Below, piece by piece: positions 49,511-59,166 of a stretch of 64,000 bases of DNA; the first letter of the stretch is position 1, and every line of letters begins with the position of its first letter. A program made the translations under genes and the position numbers. The notes beneath the pieces are model-generated. The model searched no databases, was not told where the DNA came from, and worked only from the letters and a program-made list of their open reading frames with translations. Origin of the DNA: Phycisphaeraceae bacterium (GTDB lineage: Bacteria; Planctomycetota; Phycisphaerae; Phycisphaerales; Phycisphaeraceae); the NCBI GenBank assembly GCA_963674705.1, contig OY771506.1, positions 1,632,001-1,696,000 on the forward strand, written 5' to 3'.

Positions 49511-52249
49511 ATGGCGAAGAAGTCACGCAAGAAGCAAGAGGACCCGAAGGCGTTGTATCTGGCGATCCTGTGGGCGGTGGTCGCGGGGCTGTGGCTGCTG
49601 GTGGCGGCGTCGCTGGCGAGTTATGACGCGGCGGACCCGCCGGCGCATGCGTACGGCGTGCCGAATGAGACGATCCACAACTGGGTGGGCAATGTCGGTG
49701 CGTTGATCTCGCACAAGCTATACCTGATGGCTGGGCCCGGTGTGTGGGTGATGCTGCTGGGTATCGGCGTGATGCTGGTGATGACGGGGATGGGCAAGCA
49801 GATCACGCAGCTATCGATCCGTCTGATCGGGCTGGTTGTGATGTCGGTGAGTATCAGCGCGCTGGTGAGTGTTGCGGTGCCGACGGTGGTGCATGGGTAT
49901 AGCGGCGCGCCGCAGGGGCCGGGCGGGTTGCTTGCGCAGTTGATTGATGATCAGTTGACGATGCGATTTGCTGTGCCGGGGACGGTGATGATCCTGGTGG
50001 TGTGCTTCTGGGTGGGTGCGGTGCTTGCGGCGGACCAGTGGGTGCTTGCGGCGCCGAAGGCGCTGGGCGGTGCGATCCTGAAGCTGACGCATGTGCAGTT
50101 GCCGAACGTTCGCATGCCGCAGTTGGCCGGGCGATTCCCGACGATGACATTGCCTTGGGGACGCGGCACGGCTGAAGCGGATCGTGACAGCAAGAAGAGC
50201 GGCAAGAGCAAGCGTTCGCACAAGAGCAAGGAACTGGTGATCAACGAAGACACCGGCGGGCTGGGCGCGACCGAATCGTTCGGCCTGGAAGAAGAGCCGG
50301 AGCTTTACGAAGAGGACGAGTACGAAGAAGAGGAATACGAAGAGGAAGAGCCGGAGGAAGAAGAAGCGGCTGAGGAGGAAGTTGAAGAAGAGGTTGCCGA
50401 CGCGGGCAAGGCGAAGAAGAAGCAGTTCACGACGGAGCAGTTGCGTGCGAAGATGCAGCAGTTGCCGATCAACTTCGCGCCGAAGATGGAAGCGAAGGCC
50501 CCGCCGCCGCGCGAGGTGGACTTGTCGGGTTATGAGTTCCCGGCGATGGATATCCTCATCGAGCCGGAATCGAACTTCACCGAAGAGATGGAGCAGATCG
50601 TCCGCGACCAGGCGTTACAGCTTGAGTCGGCGCTGCAGCAGTATCGGATCGAGGGGAACGTTGTGGGTATCGATTCCGGGCCGGTGATCACGCTGTTTGA
50701 AGTCAGGCTCGCGCCGGGCACGAAGGTGTCGCGCTTGAGCGCGGTGAACAGCGACCTGGCCCGCGCGCTGAAAGCACAGAACATCCGCATCGTGCCGAAC
50801 ATGGCAGGCAAGGACACGGTCGGTATTGAAGTGCCGAACATGAAGAAGGAGCGCGTGCGGCTGAAAGAGCTGATGGGTAATTCGGCTTCGGATTGCCAGA
50901 AGATGAAGCTGCCGATGTTCCTGGGTAAGGATGCCAGCGGTAACCTGCTGATCCAGGACCTGTCGACCATGCCGCACATGTTGATCGCCGGCACGACGGG
51001 CTCGGGCAAGAGCGTGTGCATGAACTCGATCATCATGAGCTTCCTGTTCACGAAGAAGCCGGACGAGTTGAAGCTGGTGCTGGTCGATCCGAAGATGGTC
51101 GAGATGGCGATGTTCAAGAACATCCCGCACCTGATGTGCCCGGTGGTGACGGAGATGAGCAAGGCCGCGGCCATCCTCGAATGGGCCGTGACAAAGATGG
51201 ATGAACGTTACGAACTGCTCGCCGAAGCAGGCGTGCGAGACATCGGCAGCTACAACGAGCTTGGCTGGGAAGAGCTGAAAGAGCGCATGGAGCCGGAGAC
51301 GGAAGAGGAAGAGGCGCGCATCCCGAAGAAGCTGCCTTACATGGTGTTCGTGATCGACGAACTGGCCGACCTGATGATGACCAACAAGGAGATCGAAACC
51401 TCGATCGTGCGTATCGCGCAGAAAGCGCGTGCGGTAGGCATCCACATGATCCTGGCGACGCAGCGTCCGCAGGCGAACGTGGTGACGGGTTTGATCAAGT
51501 CGAACATGCCTTGCCGAATCGCGTTCAAGGTGGCGTCCGGTATGGACTCGCGCATCGTGCTCGACCAGAAGGGTGGCGAGCTGTTGCTGGGCCACGGCGA
51601 CATGCTGTTCCTCTCGCCGCGCTCGAGCAAACTCACACGTGCCCAAGGCACACTCGTCGACGATTCGGAAATCCGCAAGACGGTCAAGTTCCTCAAGACG
51701 ATCTCGCAGCAGAACTTCGAGCCTTCGCTGGTGCAGATCAAGACAGCCGGTGCTATGGGCGGCGAAGCGGATGTGACCGAGCGCGACCCGCTGTTCAACC
51801 AGGCGGTCGACATCGTGATCGAAACGCAGCGTGGCAGCGTGTCGCTGCTTCAGCGTCGATTGACGATCGGATATTCGCGTGCATCACGGCTGATCGAGCA
51901 GATCGCAGCCGCGGGTTTGATCGGCGAATACAAGGGGTCGCAGGCGCGTGAGGTGACGATCACGGCCGAGGAATGGGAAGCGATCAAGGCGCAGGCCGAA
52001 GCCGACGCTGCGGGCCTGCGTCCGCCGGTTGATGAAGAAGAGATTGATGAAGACGCCGACGAAGAAGCCTACGAAGAGAATTCGTACGACGAGGAAGAAG
52101 ACGAATACGAAGATGAAGAGGCCGACGAAGAAGAGGAAGAGGACGAAGAAGACGGCGAATATGAATACGAGGATGAGGATGGCGAAGAGGAAGACGAAGA
52201 AGAGTACGAGTACGAAGATGAAGAGGAAGATGAAGAAGATGAGAATTGA
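49511..52249 (+). CDS. ftsK: DNA translocase FtsK
   Basis: Four TMs, PHMLIAGTTGSGKSV, LVDPKMVE, RIAQKARAVGIH, gamma domain GSVSLLQRRLTIGYSRASRLIE. Confidence 0.97.
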   Translation: MAKKSRKKQEDPKALYLAILWAVVAGLWLLVAASLASYDAADPPAHAYGVPNETIHNWVGNVGALISHKLYLMAGPGVWVMLLGIGVMLVMTGMGKQITQLSIRLIGLVVMSVSISALVSVAVPTVVHGYSGAPQGPGGLLAQLIDDQLTMRFAVPGTVMILVVCFWVGAVLAADQWVLAAPKALGGAILKLTHVQLPNVRMPQLAGRFPTMTLPWGRGTAEADRDSKKSGKSKRSHKSKELVINEDTGGLGATESFGLEEEPELYEEDEYEEEEYEEEEPEEEEAAEEEVEEEVADAGKAKKKQFTTEQLRAKMQQLPINFAPKMEAKAPPPREVDLSGYEFPAMDILIEPESNFTEEMEQIVRDQALQLESALQQYRIEGNVVGIDSGPVITLFEVRLAPGTKVSRLSAVNSDLARALKAQNIRIVPNMAGKDTVGIEVPNMKKERVRLKELMGNSASDCQKMKLPMFLGKDASGNLLIQDLSTMPHMLIAGTTGSGKSVCMNSIIMSFLFTKKPDELKLVLVDPKMVEMAMFKNIPHLMCPVVTEMSKAAAILEWAVTKMDERYELLAEAGVRDIGSYNELGWEELKERMEPETEEEEARIPKKLPYMVFVIDELADLMMTNKEIETSIVRIAQKARAVGIHMILATQRPQANVVTGLIKSNMPCRIAFKVASGMDSRIVLDQKGGELLLGHGDMLFLSPRSSKLTRAQGTLVDDSEIRKTVKFLKTISQQNFEPSLVQIKTAGAMGGEADVTERDPLFNQAVDIVIETQRGSVSLLQRRLTIGYSRASRLIEQIAAAGLIGEYKGSQAREVTITAEEWEAIKAQAEADAAGLRPPVDEEEIDEDADEEAYEENSYDEEEDEYEDEEADEEEEEDEEDGEYEYEDEDGEEEDEEEYEYEDEEEDEEDEN

Positions 52250-52367
52250 TCCTTTTTGTATTTAAGTACGGCACAATTTGCCACGACGTAGTCAAGGTGT
52301 GGCGCCCAGCGCCCAGCGGATGACAAGGAAGTAACGATCGTTAATCTGATTTGTTGAGCCGAACCCT

Positions 52368-52856
52368 ATGACGAGCAAACATCACCCCACGACGACGCCG
52401 GGTTTCTGGTACGACACGAAGCAGCGTGACGCGATGCTGGTGGATGTGTTGGGGGCGTTACTCCGGTTGGGCCCGTTGGATGATGATTACATCGCGCGGT
52501 TCTGCCTGACGCCGCAGGATTTGTTCGCGCTGATGCCGGAGGATATCAAGGCCGCCAACGCCAAGGCGATGACCGATGCGCTCATCAACTATTTAGAAGG
52601 GCCGATGAGTATCAACAGCTTCGCCAAGAGCCTGGCAGCGTGGCGTGAAAGCGCCCGGATGGCGCGGGGTTCACTGGAATGGTCGAAGCTGCCGCCGGTG
52701 ACACAGCGCCTGGCTAAGTGCTACGCCTCGGAGATCACCGCCCATGCGCTGGAGCAGGGTTGGGTGGTCGAATCCGACAACCCCAACGCGCGGGGCTGGC
52801 GTCTGACGGAACAGGGGATGGCGGCGCTGGAGCGGTTGAAGAAAGAGCTGCGGTGA
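52368..52856 (+). CDS. Hypothetical protein, possible C-terminal winged helix
   Basis: ATG start; ALEQGWV...WRLTEQG pattern. Confidence 0.6.
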   Translation: MTSKHHPTTTPGFWYDTKQRDAMLVDVLGALLRLGPLDDDYIARFCLTPQDLFALMPEDIKAANAKAMTDALINYLEGPMSINSFAKSLAAWRESARMARGSLEWSKLPPVTQRLAKCYASEITAHALEQGWVVESDNPNARGWRLTEQGMAALERLKKELR

Positions 52857-52888
52857 AGTGCTGCTCCGCTTCCAGAAGTAAAGTCATT

Positions 52889-52919
52889 AGCCACAGATGA
52901 ACACGGATGAACACAGATG
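52889..52919. repeat. Solo 10-mer repeat arm
   Basis: AGCCACAGATGAACACGGATGAACACAGAT. Confidence 0.65.
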
Positions 52920-53058
52920 CTGATTCAAGCATCGGGTTATGTCGCATTGACTTGTTGTATAGCCGCGGGTTTTCAGGGGCCCGACCAGGATGGTCGGGCT
53001 ATATGAGGGGGGCTATACTGTGGGGGTTGAAATTCACTTCAGAATAAGGAGCGCCGTC

Positions 53059-53760
53059 ATGCGTTCACAGAGATTGATGACCGTTGTCTTATTGGTTGCG
53101 ATCGGATTCATGTGTGCTGCGCCAGATTCAGTGCAAAGCTCGGAACCGCAGCAGAAAGATAAGGATACGGTGATCGCGGAGCTGACCGAGCGTGTCGCGG
53201 AGTTGGAGCGGCGGCTGGATGAGTTGGAGGCCAAGGCGCTGCCGTTGATCGAAGAAGCGGCGGCGAAGCAGCGGGTGGATAACGCGAGGTCGAAAGCACG
53301 GGCTCGCATGCGGCGGGATCGCGGCAAGTACAGCCCCGAGGTGTTAGGCAAAGTCGAAGAACTCTATCAGACCGCCAACCGTCACTGGCAATCCCCCGAA
53401 GCGAAAAAAGCGTTACAGGAATTGATCGAGGAGTATCCGGACCTGAACCGTACGGGCTGTGCGACGATGTATCTTGCACAGATGACGCAGGGTGAAGAAC
53501 GGGCTGAATACCTGATGCAGGCGATGGCCGACTTTGCGGATTGCTACTACGGCGACGGCGTGAACGTCGGCGCGTACGCAACGTATCACCTGGCGTGCGA
53601 CCACTGGCAGGCGGGTAATTACGATGACGCCAAACCATTGATCGAGAAGATCAAGACCGACTATCCGGACGCGATCGATCACCGCGGACGGGCACTGGTG
53701 GATGAGTTACGAGAGATGGGGATGAAAGCGAAGTCGGAGCCGGAGCAGGTGGTTCCATAA
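53059..53760 (+). CDS. Exported coiled-coil/TPR-like protein
   Basis: AGGAG RBS, signal peptide, coiled coil, LIEEYP and IKTDYP helical repeats. Confidence 0.7.
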   Translation: MRSQRLMTVVLLVAIGFMCAAPDSVQSSEPQQKDKDTVIAELTERVAELERRLDELEAKALPLIEEAAAKQRVDNARSKARARMRRDRGKYSPEVLGKVEELYQTANRHWQSPEAKKALQELIEEYPDLNRTGCATMYLAQMTQGEERAEYLMQAMADFADCYYGDGVNVGAYATYHLACDHWQAGNYDDAKPLIEKIKTDYPDAIDHRGRALVDELREMGMKAKSEPEQVVP

Positions 53761-53766
53761 GAAGAG

Positions 53767-54140
53767 TTCACCGCAAAGGACGCAGAGGACGCAGAGAAAG
53801 CAAGTTCTTGACTCCCTCTCCCCTCGGGAGAGGGCCGGGGTGAGGGCAGTTGCGCATGAAATAATAAGTGCTTCAAGCGCGAACGAAGCCGTTAATCTCG
53901 TAATAAAAACAAATCTTTACACACAATCCATCCGGACCTCACCCTAACGGGCGATGTGACAAGAGCTGTACGCGAGTGGAACAACTGCCCGCGTTGCGTC
54001 GCAACGCGGCTAACAAAGATAGAAGTGCATTCGATCGCGTGTGTCCCACCACATCCCAAGGCAGAATTAATCCGGCCCTCACCCTAACCCTCTCCCGAGG
54101 GGAGAGGGGACCGGAGAAACTCGATCTTCTCTGCGGTGAA
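53767..54140. mobile_element. Nested composite of repeats
   Basis: Outer arms TTCACCGCAAAGGACGCAGAG / CTCTGCGGTGAA enclose R copies (53814-53847, partial 53932-53948, 54072-54114) and a C hairpin (53981-54014). Confidence 0.72.
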
Positions 54141-54142
54141 AC

Positions 54143-55867
54143 CTACACCGGCAGTTTTTCGAGTTCTTCGCCGATGGCGGCCATGAGCGGTTCGAGGGTT
54201 GCCTGGGTGAAGTCGAACTTGAGGCCGGCGGTTTCGAAGAGGGTGGGCAGCGGGCGTTTGCCGCCGAGGCGCAGGGCGCTGCGGTAATCTTCGAGCGCCT
54301 TGACGGGGTCGTTGCGGTAGTTGAGCCAGAGTTGTAATGCGCCGAGCTGCGCGATGCCGTACTCGATGTAGTAGAACGGCACGTGATAGAGGTGCAGTTG
54401 CTTCTGCCACATCGCGGCGCGTTGTTCATCAAGGCCGGACCAGTCGACTTCTTTGCGCTTAAAGCGGTTGAGGATGTCAAGCCACGCCTTGGTGCGCTCG
54501 TCGCGGGTCTGGTCGGGGTGGGTGTAGATCCAGTGCTGGAACTGATCGATCGTCGCGATCCACGGGAGGATGTTGATGATGCCTTCGAGCAGGCCGCGGA
54601 ATGCGCGGTCGCGGTCGGCCTGGTCGGGATAGAACACATTGAAGTGATCGGCGCCGATCAATTCCATCGACATGCTCGCGACTTCGCAGAATTCCATTGG
54701 CGCGTGACGCATGAAGATCAGCGGTTCTTCGGCGGCTGCCCAGATGAAGTGGAAGGCATGCCCTGCTTCGTGCAACATCGTGCGGACATCGTTATCAAGC
54801 CCGGCGGCGTTCATGAAGATGAACGGTTCCTTGCTTTCCTGCAAGGAACTCTGGAAGCCGCCGGCACGTTTACCCTTGCGGCTTTCAAGGTCGAGGTTGC
54901 GGCCCATCTTCAAAGTAGCGAAGTCGCTGCCGAGGCCCGGGTTCACACGGCTGAACACTTCGCGCGACTTATCAACGAGGTCCTGCGGCTGATCTTTGTC
55001 GAACGGTTTAAGCGGCGAGCGGTTCTTGACGTCGACCGCGAGGTCCCAGGGACGCAGCACATCGACACCCAGCGACGCCTTACGCTGCGCATCCATCTTG
55101 TCGATCAGGGGCAGGCAGACTTTTTCGACGGCCTCGGCGAACTGGTGGCAGTGCTCGGGCGTGTAGTCGAAGCGGTCCATCGCCTTCCACATGTAGGCGC
55201 GGTAGTCGGACATGTCGGCGTTTGTGGCCATCTGCTTGCGCAGGTCGAGCATCTTGTCGAAGATCGTGTCAAACTTTTCGCGGTCTTGCAGGCGGCGGTC
55301 GGCGCTTAGCCGCCAGGCTTGTTCGCGCGTTTCACGGTCGGGCTCTTCGAGATAGCGCGACAGTTGCTGGAGCGTGAGGGTTTGGCCGTCGAAGTCGACG
55401 GTCATCGCGCCGACGGTCTTGTCGTATTCCTGGTTGAGCTTGGCGACTTCGGTCTGAAGCGGGACGTTCTGGTCGCGGTAGAGTTCGACGGATGACTTCC
55501 ATTCACGGACGAGGATGCCGAAGCGGTCGTTATCCAGCTCGGTATGGGCCGGGGAAGCAAGCAGCTTCTTCTGCATCTCGAAGAAGATCGGCTTGAGCTT
55601 TGGTGCGATGTTCTCGATGTAGTGCAGGAAGGCTTTTTCGATTTCCGGGTCGTCGGTGTGGCAGGCGGCGTCGATGTTCTTGCGCGAGCCGTACTCAGCA
55701 ACGATGGCCGAGAGTTCGGAGAAGTCGGCAAGCCATTGTCGGAGTTGCTCAAGCGAATCGGTCGGGCGTTCGAGCAGCGATTTGTAGAGCGGCTCGAGCT
55801 GATTCCAATCGGACGGATCGAGGTCGGCGGGGGCAAAGGTGCGTTCGGCAACGGCTTGGTCGGTCAT
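54143..55867 (-). CDS. M3-family oligoendopeptidase
   Basis: HEAGHAFH, EFCEVASMSME, KGKRAGGF, PFYYIEYGIAQ. Confidence 0.93.
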   Translation of the reverse strand: MTDQAVAERTFAPADLDPSDWNQLEPLYKSLLERPTDSLEQLRQWLADFSELSAIVAEYGSRKNIDAACHTDDPEIEKAFLHYIENIAPKLKPIFFEMQKKLLASPAHTELDNDRFGILVREWKSSVELYRDQNVPLQTEVAKLNQEYDKTVGAMTVDFDGQTLTLQQLSRYLEEPDRETREQAWRLSADRRLQDREKFDTIFDKMLDLRKQMATNADMSDYRAYMWKAMDRFDYTPEHCHQFAEAVEKVCLPLIDKMDAQRKASLGVDVLRPWDLAVDVKNRSPLKPFDKDQPQDLVDKSREVFSRVNPGLGSDFATLKMGRNLDLESRKGKRAGGFQSSLQESKEPFIFMNAAGLDNDVRTMLHEAGHAFHFIWAAAEEPLIFMRHAPMEFCEVASMSMELIGADHFNVFYPDQADRDRAFRGLLEGIINILPWIATIDQFQHWIYTHPDQTRDERTKAWLDILNRFKRKEVDWSGLDEQRAAMWQKQLHLYHVPFYYIEYGIAQLGALQLWLNYRNDPVKALEDYRSALRLGGKRPLPTLFETAGLKFDFTQATLEPLMAAIGEELEKLPV

Positions 55868-55984
55868 GATGTCTCTCTATCTCTGGTGTGTTGATTCGTG
55901 TCTTAAGAATGTAGCAGGATAGCGGATATTAGGCGGGAATGAGAGGTGTAGACAAATTTGTCACCGATGAACACAGTCTGAGAG

Positions 55985-56116
55985 GAATGTCGAATGCACG
56001 AATGCCGAATGACGAATCAATGCCGAAATTCAAATGACCAATAGCATGGTCGGGTATTGAACATTCGTCATTTGGACATTATTTCGACATTCGTGGATTC
56101 GTCATTCGTGCATTTC
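55985..56116. repeat. Inverted AATGACG-type heptamer element (family E)
   Basis: GAATGTCGAATGCACGAATGCCGAATGACGAAT ... CATTCGTGGATTCGTCATTCGTGCATTTC. Confidence 0.72.
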
Positions 56117-56124
56117 ATTTGAAT

Positions 56125-56164
56125 CCGGCCCTCACCCCGGCCCTCTCCCGGGGGGAGAGGGGGT
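56125..56164. repeat. Family R REP (solo)
   Basis: CCGGCCCTCACCCCGGCCCTCTCCCGGGGGGAGAGGGGGT. Confidence 0.88.
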
Positions 56165-56176
56165 AATGATTCAGGT

Positions 56177-57445
56177 TCAGTTTTTGGCGTGGATTCGGAC
56201 GAAGCTGAGGGTGCCGGGGCCGTAGCCGCCTTCGTCGCCGGTGATGGCGATGAGGTCTTCGTCGTGATGAACGAGGATCAATCCTTCGGGGCGGTCGCCG
56301 ATCTTGAATTTGTCGATGAGTCTGGGCTGTGTTGGATCGGCGAGGTCGAGTGCGTAGAAGTAGTCGCCGCGCTCGGTGGTGCCGACGGCGATGGTGCGGC
56401 CGGCGAAGTGGGCGAGTTTGACGGCTTCGGGGTCGCGCCGTGATTCAGGCTCGGAAGGTTTGACGAGCGAACGGACATCGACGCGCGACATGGGTGTGGC
56501 ATCGGTGCTGAGGTCGTTCGGATCGAGCCAGTGGAAGCTGACGCTGTGGCCTTGCATGTAGCCGTACTTGGACAGCTTGCCTTCCTCGGCGGCGGCGACG
56601 AGGCAACCGGTTTTACCTTCGGGATTCTGGACGTTGTCGAGGATGGATACGCCGTCGGGCTCCGCGCCGGCGGTGAGGTAGATCGGTTTGCCGAAGGTGG
56701 GGACGCCTGTTTGCAGATCGAGCGTGAGCAGGAGGTTGTTTTCCTGGCAACTGATGACAGCGAAGCGCGACTGTGGATCGAACGCGACGAACTCGGGCTC
56801 GACTTCGCTTTCAGGCATGCCCAGCAGTTTCTTCAAACCCGGCACGGCATGTGCGGGCAACTCACCATCGCGCGCGAAACGATCGGGCGAGAGGTTGCTG
56901 ATATCGATGACCCAGACTTCACCGGGCGCGTCGGGGTGACGTTCTGCTTCGCAGGCGACGATGGCGTATTTACCATCAGGCGAGATGGCGATGCTGTCGG
57001 GGTGTGGGCCGACGGGTTGTTTGAGGATCATACGGCCTAGCGTTTTTTCGCGCAGGTCGAAGCCGAAGACGGTGCCGCCGTCGCCGGGCAGCCGGCCGAG
57101 GACGGTGACCAGCGCGATGGGTTGTGTGGGATGCACCGCAACACTTGTCGGCTCGCGCACGACCGCGATGCCCTCGGCGACGTTGGGCGTTTCATCATCA
57201 AAGTCGATCGCGGTGAGGATCGGCGGATCGAACGAAGTGACTTTGAAGACGTCGAGTGTTTTCCAGTGCGAGTCGGTGGAAAGCAGTAGTTGTTCGCAGG
57301 CGCAGTAGTCAACGATCTCACAGACGAAACCGGGCACGTCGATGGTGTCGAGGTGTGTCAGCTCTATCTGCGGTTGGGTTGATTGCGCGGGGCAGGTGTT
57401 CGCCAGGCAGGCAAGCAGTAGTGTGGTGATGAAGCGGTAAGGCAA
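56177..57445 (-). CDS. Secreted beta-propeller, choice-of-anchor I / atypical alkaline phosphatase-like
   Basis: Signal peptide; PTSVAV, PDSIAISPDGKYAIVACE, EPEFVAF...QENN, EPDG, DPEAV, RPEGL repeats. Confidence 0.6.
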   Translation of the reverse strand: MPYRFITTLLLACLANTCPAQSTQPQIELTHLDTIDVPGFVCEIVDYCACEQLLLSTDSHWKTLDVFKVTSFDPPILTAIDFDDETPNVAEGIAVVREPTSVAVHPTQPIALVTVLGRLPGDGGTVFGFDLREKTLGRMILKQPVGPHPDSIAISPDGKYAIVACEAERHPDAPGEVWVIDISNLSPDRFARDGELPAHAVPGLKKLLGMPESEVEPEFVAFDPQSRFAVISCQENNLLLTLDLQTGVPTFGKPIYLTAGAEPDGVSILDNVQNPEGKTGCLVAAAEEGKLSKYGYMQGHSVSFHWLDPNDLSTDATPMSRVDVRSLVKPSEPESRRDPEAVKLAHFAGRTIAVGTTERGDYFYALDLADPTQPRLIDKFKIGDRPEGLILVHHDEDLIAITGDEGGYGPGTLSFVRIHAKN

Positions 57446-57456
57446 GCGTTGCGTCC

Positions 57457-58305
57457 TTAATCACGAGCGGGACCGAGTGGGTTCCAGATGAGGGTTTCGG
57501 TGTTCCAGTCGCCGTCGGCCTGGTTGGGTTCGCGTGTGCCTTGTTTGTTCGTGGTGGCGACTTCGTAGTCGACGTGTTCGCCGTGGCCATCGGCGAAGAG
57601 GTAGTGCCCGCCGTTGCGGTGGCGTGCGGCGACGCGTTTCCAGTTGGCCTTGGCGCGGTTCAGGCCGTTGTTGTTTTTGAAGAACGGGTCAGCCGTATCG
57701 ACTTCGGTTTCGATGGTGCGTTTTTCGAGCATGTAAACGGTGCGTGTGGTGTTGCGGACCTGGCTCTCGTTGATGCGGGGCCAAGTGGTGGGATCACTTG
57801 CGCTGAGGCTGACGCCTCTTTGCAGGGCTTCGAGTTCGAGTTGCTCGGCGAGGCGCGAGTTGGGGACGTAGCAGAAGAATGAAGTTTGCCGGACGGGGTG
57901 GCCTGTTGGATATCCGCCGAACTCAAGCACCTGGTCGGGCACTTCGGCGCTGTCATCGACGAAGATGCCGCCGTCGCCGGGCAGTGGGGTTTTGTCCATG
58001 TCGATGTAGGCTTCGCTGCCGACGTACGGGGGCAGCGCGTTGGCCCACCATTCATCATCGTCGAGGTTGTATCGGATCTGGTCGACACCGTCGCGGGCGA
58101 CGACGCCGTTGTGATCGGTGGTAAACGCGGAGGAGGCGACACCCCACTGGCGGACGTTGGAAAGGCTGACAATGCCTTGCGCGGTGCGTCGAGCGGCGCC
58201 GAGCGCGGGCAGGAGGATGCCGACAAGCAGCGCGATGATGGAGATAACAACAAGTAGTTCGATGAGTGTGAATGCGTGTTTGATGTGTTGTTTGCGAACG
58301 TCCAT
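57457..58305 (-). CDS. Prepilin-type N-terminal cleavage protein with H-X9-DG motif (DUF1559-like)
   Basis: A|FTLIELLVVISIIALLVGILLPALGAAR and RHRNGGHYLFADGH. Confidence 0.9.
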   Translation of the reverse strand: MDVRKQHIKHAFTLIELLVVISIIALLVGILLPALGAARRTAQGIVSLSNVRQWGVASSAFTTDHNGVVARDGVDQIRYNLDDDEWWANALPPYVGSEAYIDMDKTPLPGDGGIFVDDSAEVPDQVLEFGGYPTGHPVRQTSFFCYVPNSRLAEQLELEALQRGVSLSASDPTTWPRINESQVRNTTRTVYMLEKRTIETEVDTADPFFKNNNGLNRAKANWKRVAARHRNGGHYLFADGHGEHVDYEVATTNKQGTREPNQADGDWNTETLIWNPLGPARD

Positions 58306-58342
58306 GTATGGGCCCTGTGTAGGGTTTTGGTTTTTAAAGAGA

Positions 58343-58375
58343 AGACGGCGGGGCCTGATCAAAGCTCCGCCGTCT
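58343..58375 (-). terminator. Stem-loop after the PEP-CTERM gene
   Basis: AGACGGCGGGGC-CTGATCAAA-GCTCCGCCGTCT. Confidence 0.6.
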
Positions 58376-58407
58376 CCCCTATGTGTATATACAACCGCGG
58401 GGATTAC

Positions 58408-59094
58408 TTACCCACGGCGGATGAGAGCCACGAAGCCACCGAGGCCGAGCAGCGCGAGTGTCGCCGGTTCGGGAACAGCGGTGCCGGGCGAAGCGAATTC
58501 GTAGACGCCTTCGCTGTTGGTTTCGGAGGAAGCGTAGATACCGAACTGGCCGTCGTAGGCCGCGCCGCCGACGAAGCCGCCGGGGGTGTAGTTGGCGGAA
58601 TCCCAATCTTCACCACCGGCCCAGACGCCGGCGTGTTCATCGCTGATCAGGTCGAGCGGATCGGTGGCGTCGCCGTCGCCGTAGAACAGTTGCAGAGCGA
58701 TGGCGTCAGCGGCGTCGAAGAGGGTGATGCCGTCACCTTTACCGAGGCCCGCGCCGGCGTGGAAGCCGACCTGGACACCGGTGAGGCCGCCCCAGAAGGC
58801 GCGGAAAGCAGTGTCATCGACATCATTGAGGATGATGACGGATTCGCCGGGCGCGATGCTGGTCACACCGGTGATGGCGACAGCATCGAGGATCTCGGCG
58901 GACTCATCATCGAACTTCCAGCCGGTGACATCGGCGGCGGTGTCGCCGAAGTTGGTGACTTCGAACCAGTCTTCGGTCACGGCAGACTTGCTGGTGACTT
59001 CGGTGATGACGAGGTTCGGAGCGGCGGTGGCGATGTTCGCGGCGAACATCGAGGCAAACGCGGCGGAGGCGATCATGGCGTTAATGGTCTTCAT
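58408..59094 (-). CDS. Lamin-tail-domain PEP-CTERM protein
   Basis: Signal peptide, LVITEV...DWFEVTN...DVTGWKFDD, ASPG, VPEPATLALLGLGGFVALIRR. Confidence 0.88.
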   Translation of the reverse strand: MKTINAMIASAAFASMFAANIATAAPNLVITEVTSKSAVTEDWFEVTNFGDTAADVTGWKFDDESAEILDAVAITGVTSIAPGESVIILNDVDDTAFRAFWGGLTGVQVGFHAGAGLGKGDGITLFDAADAIALQLFYGDGDATDPLDLISDEHAGVWAGGEDWDSANYTPGGFVGGAAYDGQFGIYASSETNSEGVYEFASPGTAVPEPATLALLGLGGFVALIRRG

Positions 59095-59166
59095 GGCACT
59101 TTCTCCCAGGTAGGATTGCTTGAAAAAGCTCGGCAACTTTTGTGACCGGGCGGTGAGTAAACGGTG

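Noticed and set aside
52069..52326. Ser-rich minus-strand ORF
   Set aside because: Antisense reading of the acidic FtsK tail.
21016..56164. Family R as KOPS motifs or as strictly polarised around the skew switch
   Set aside because: GGGAGAGGG and GGGTGAGGG do not fit GGGNAGGG; doublets have the same arrangement on both sides and the solo copies are too few.
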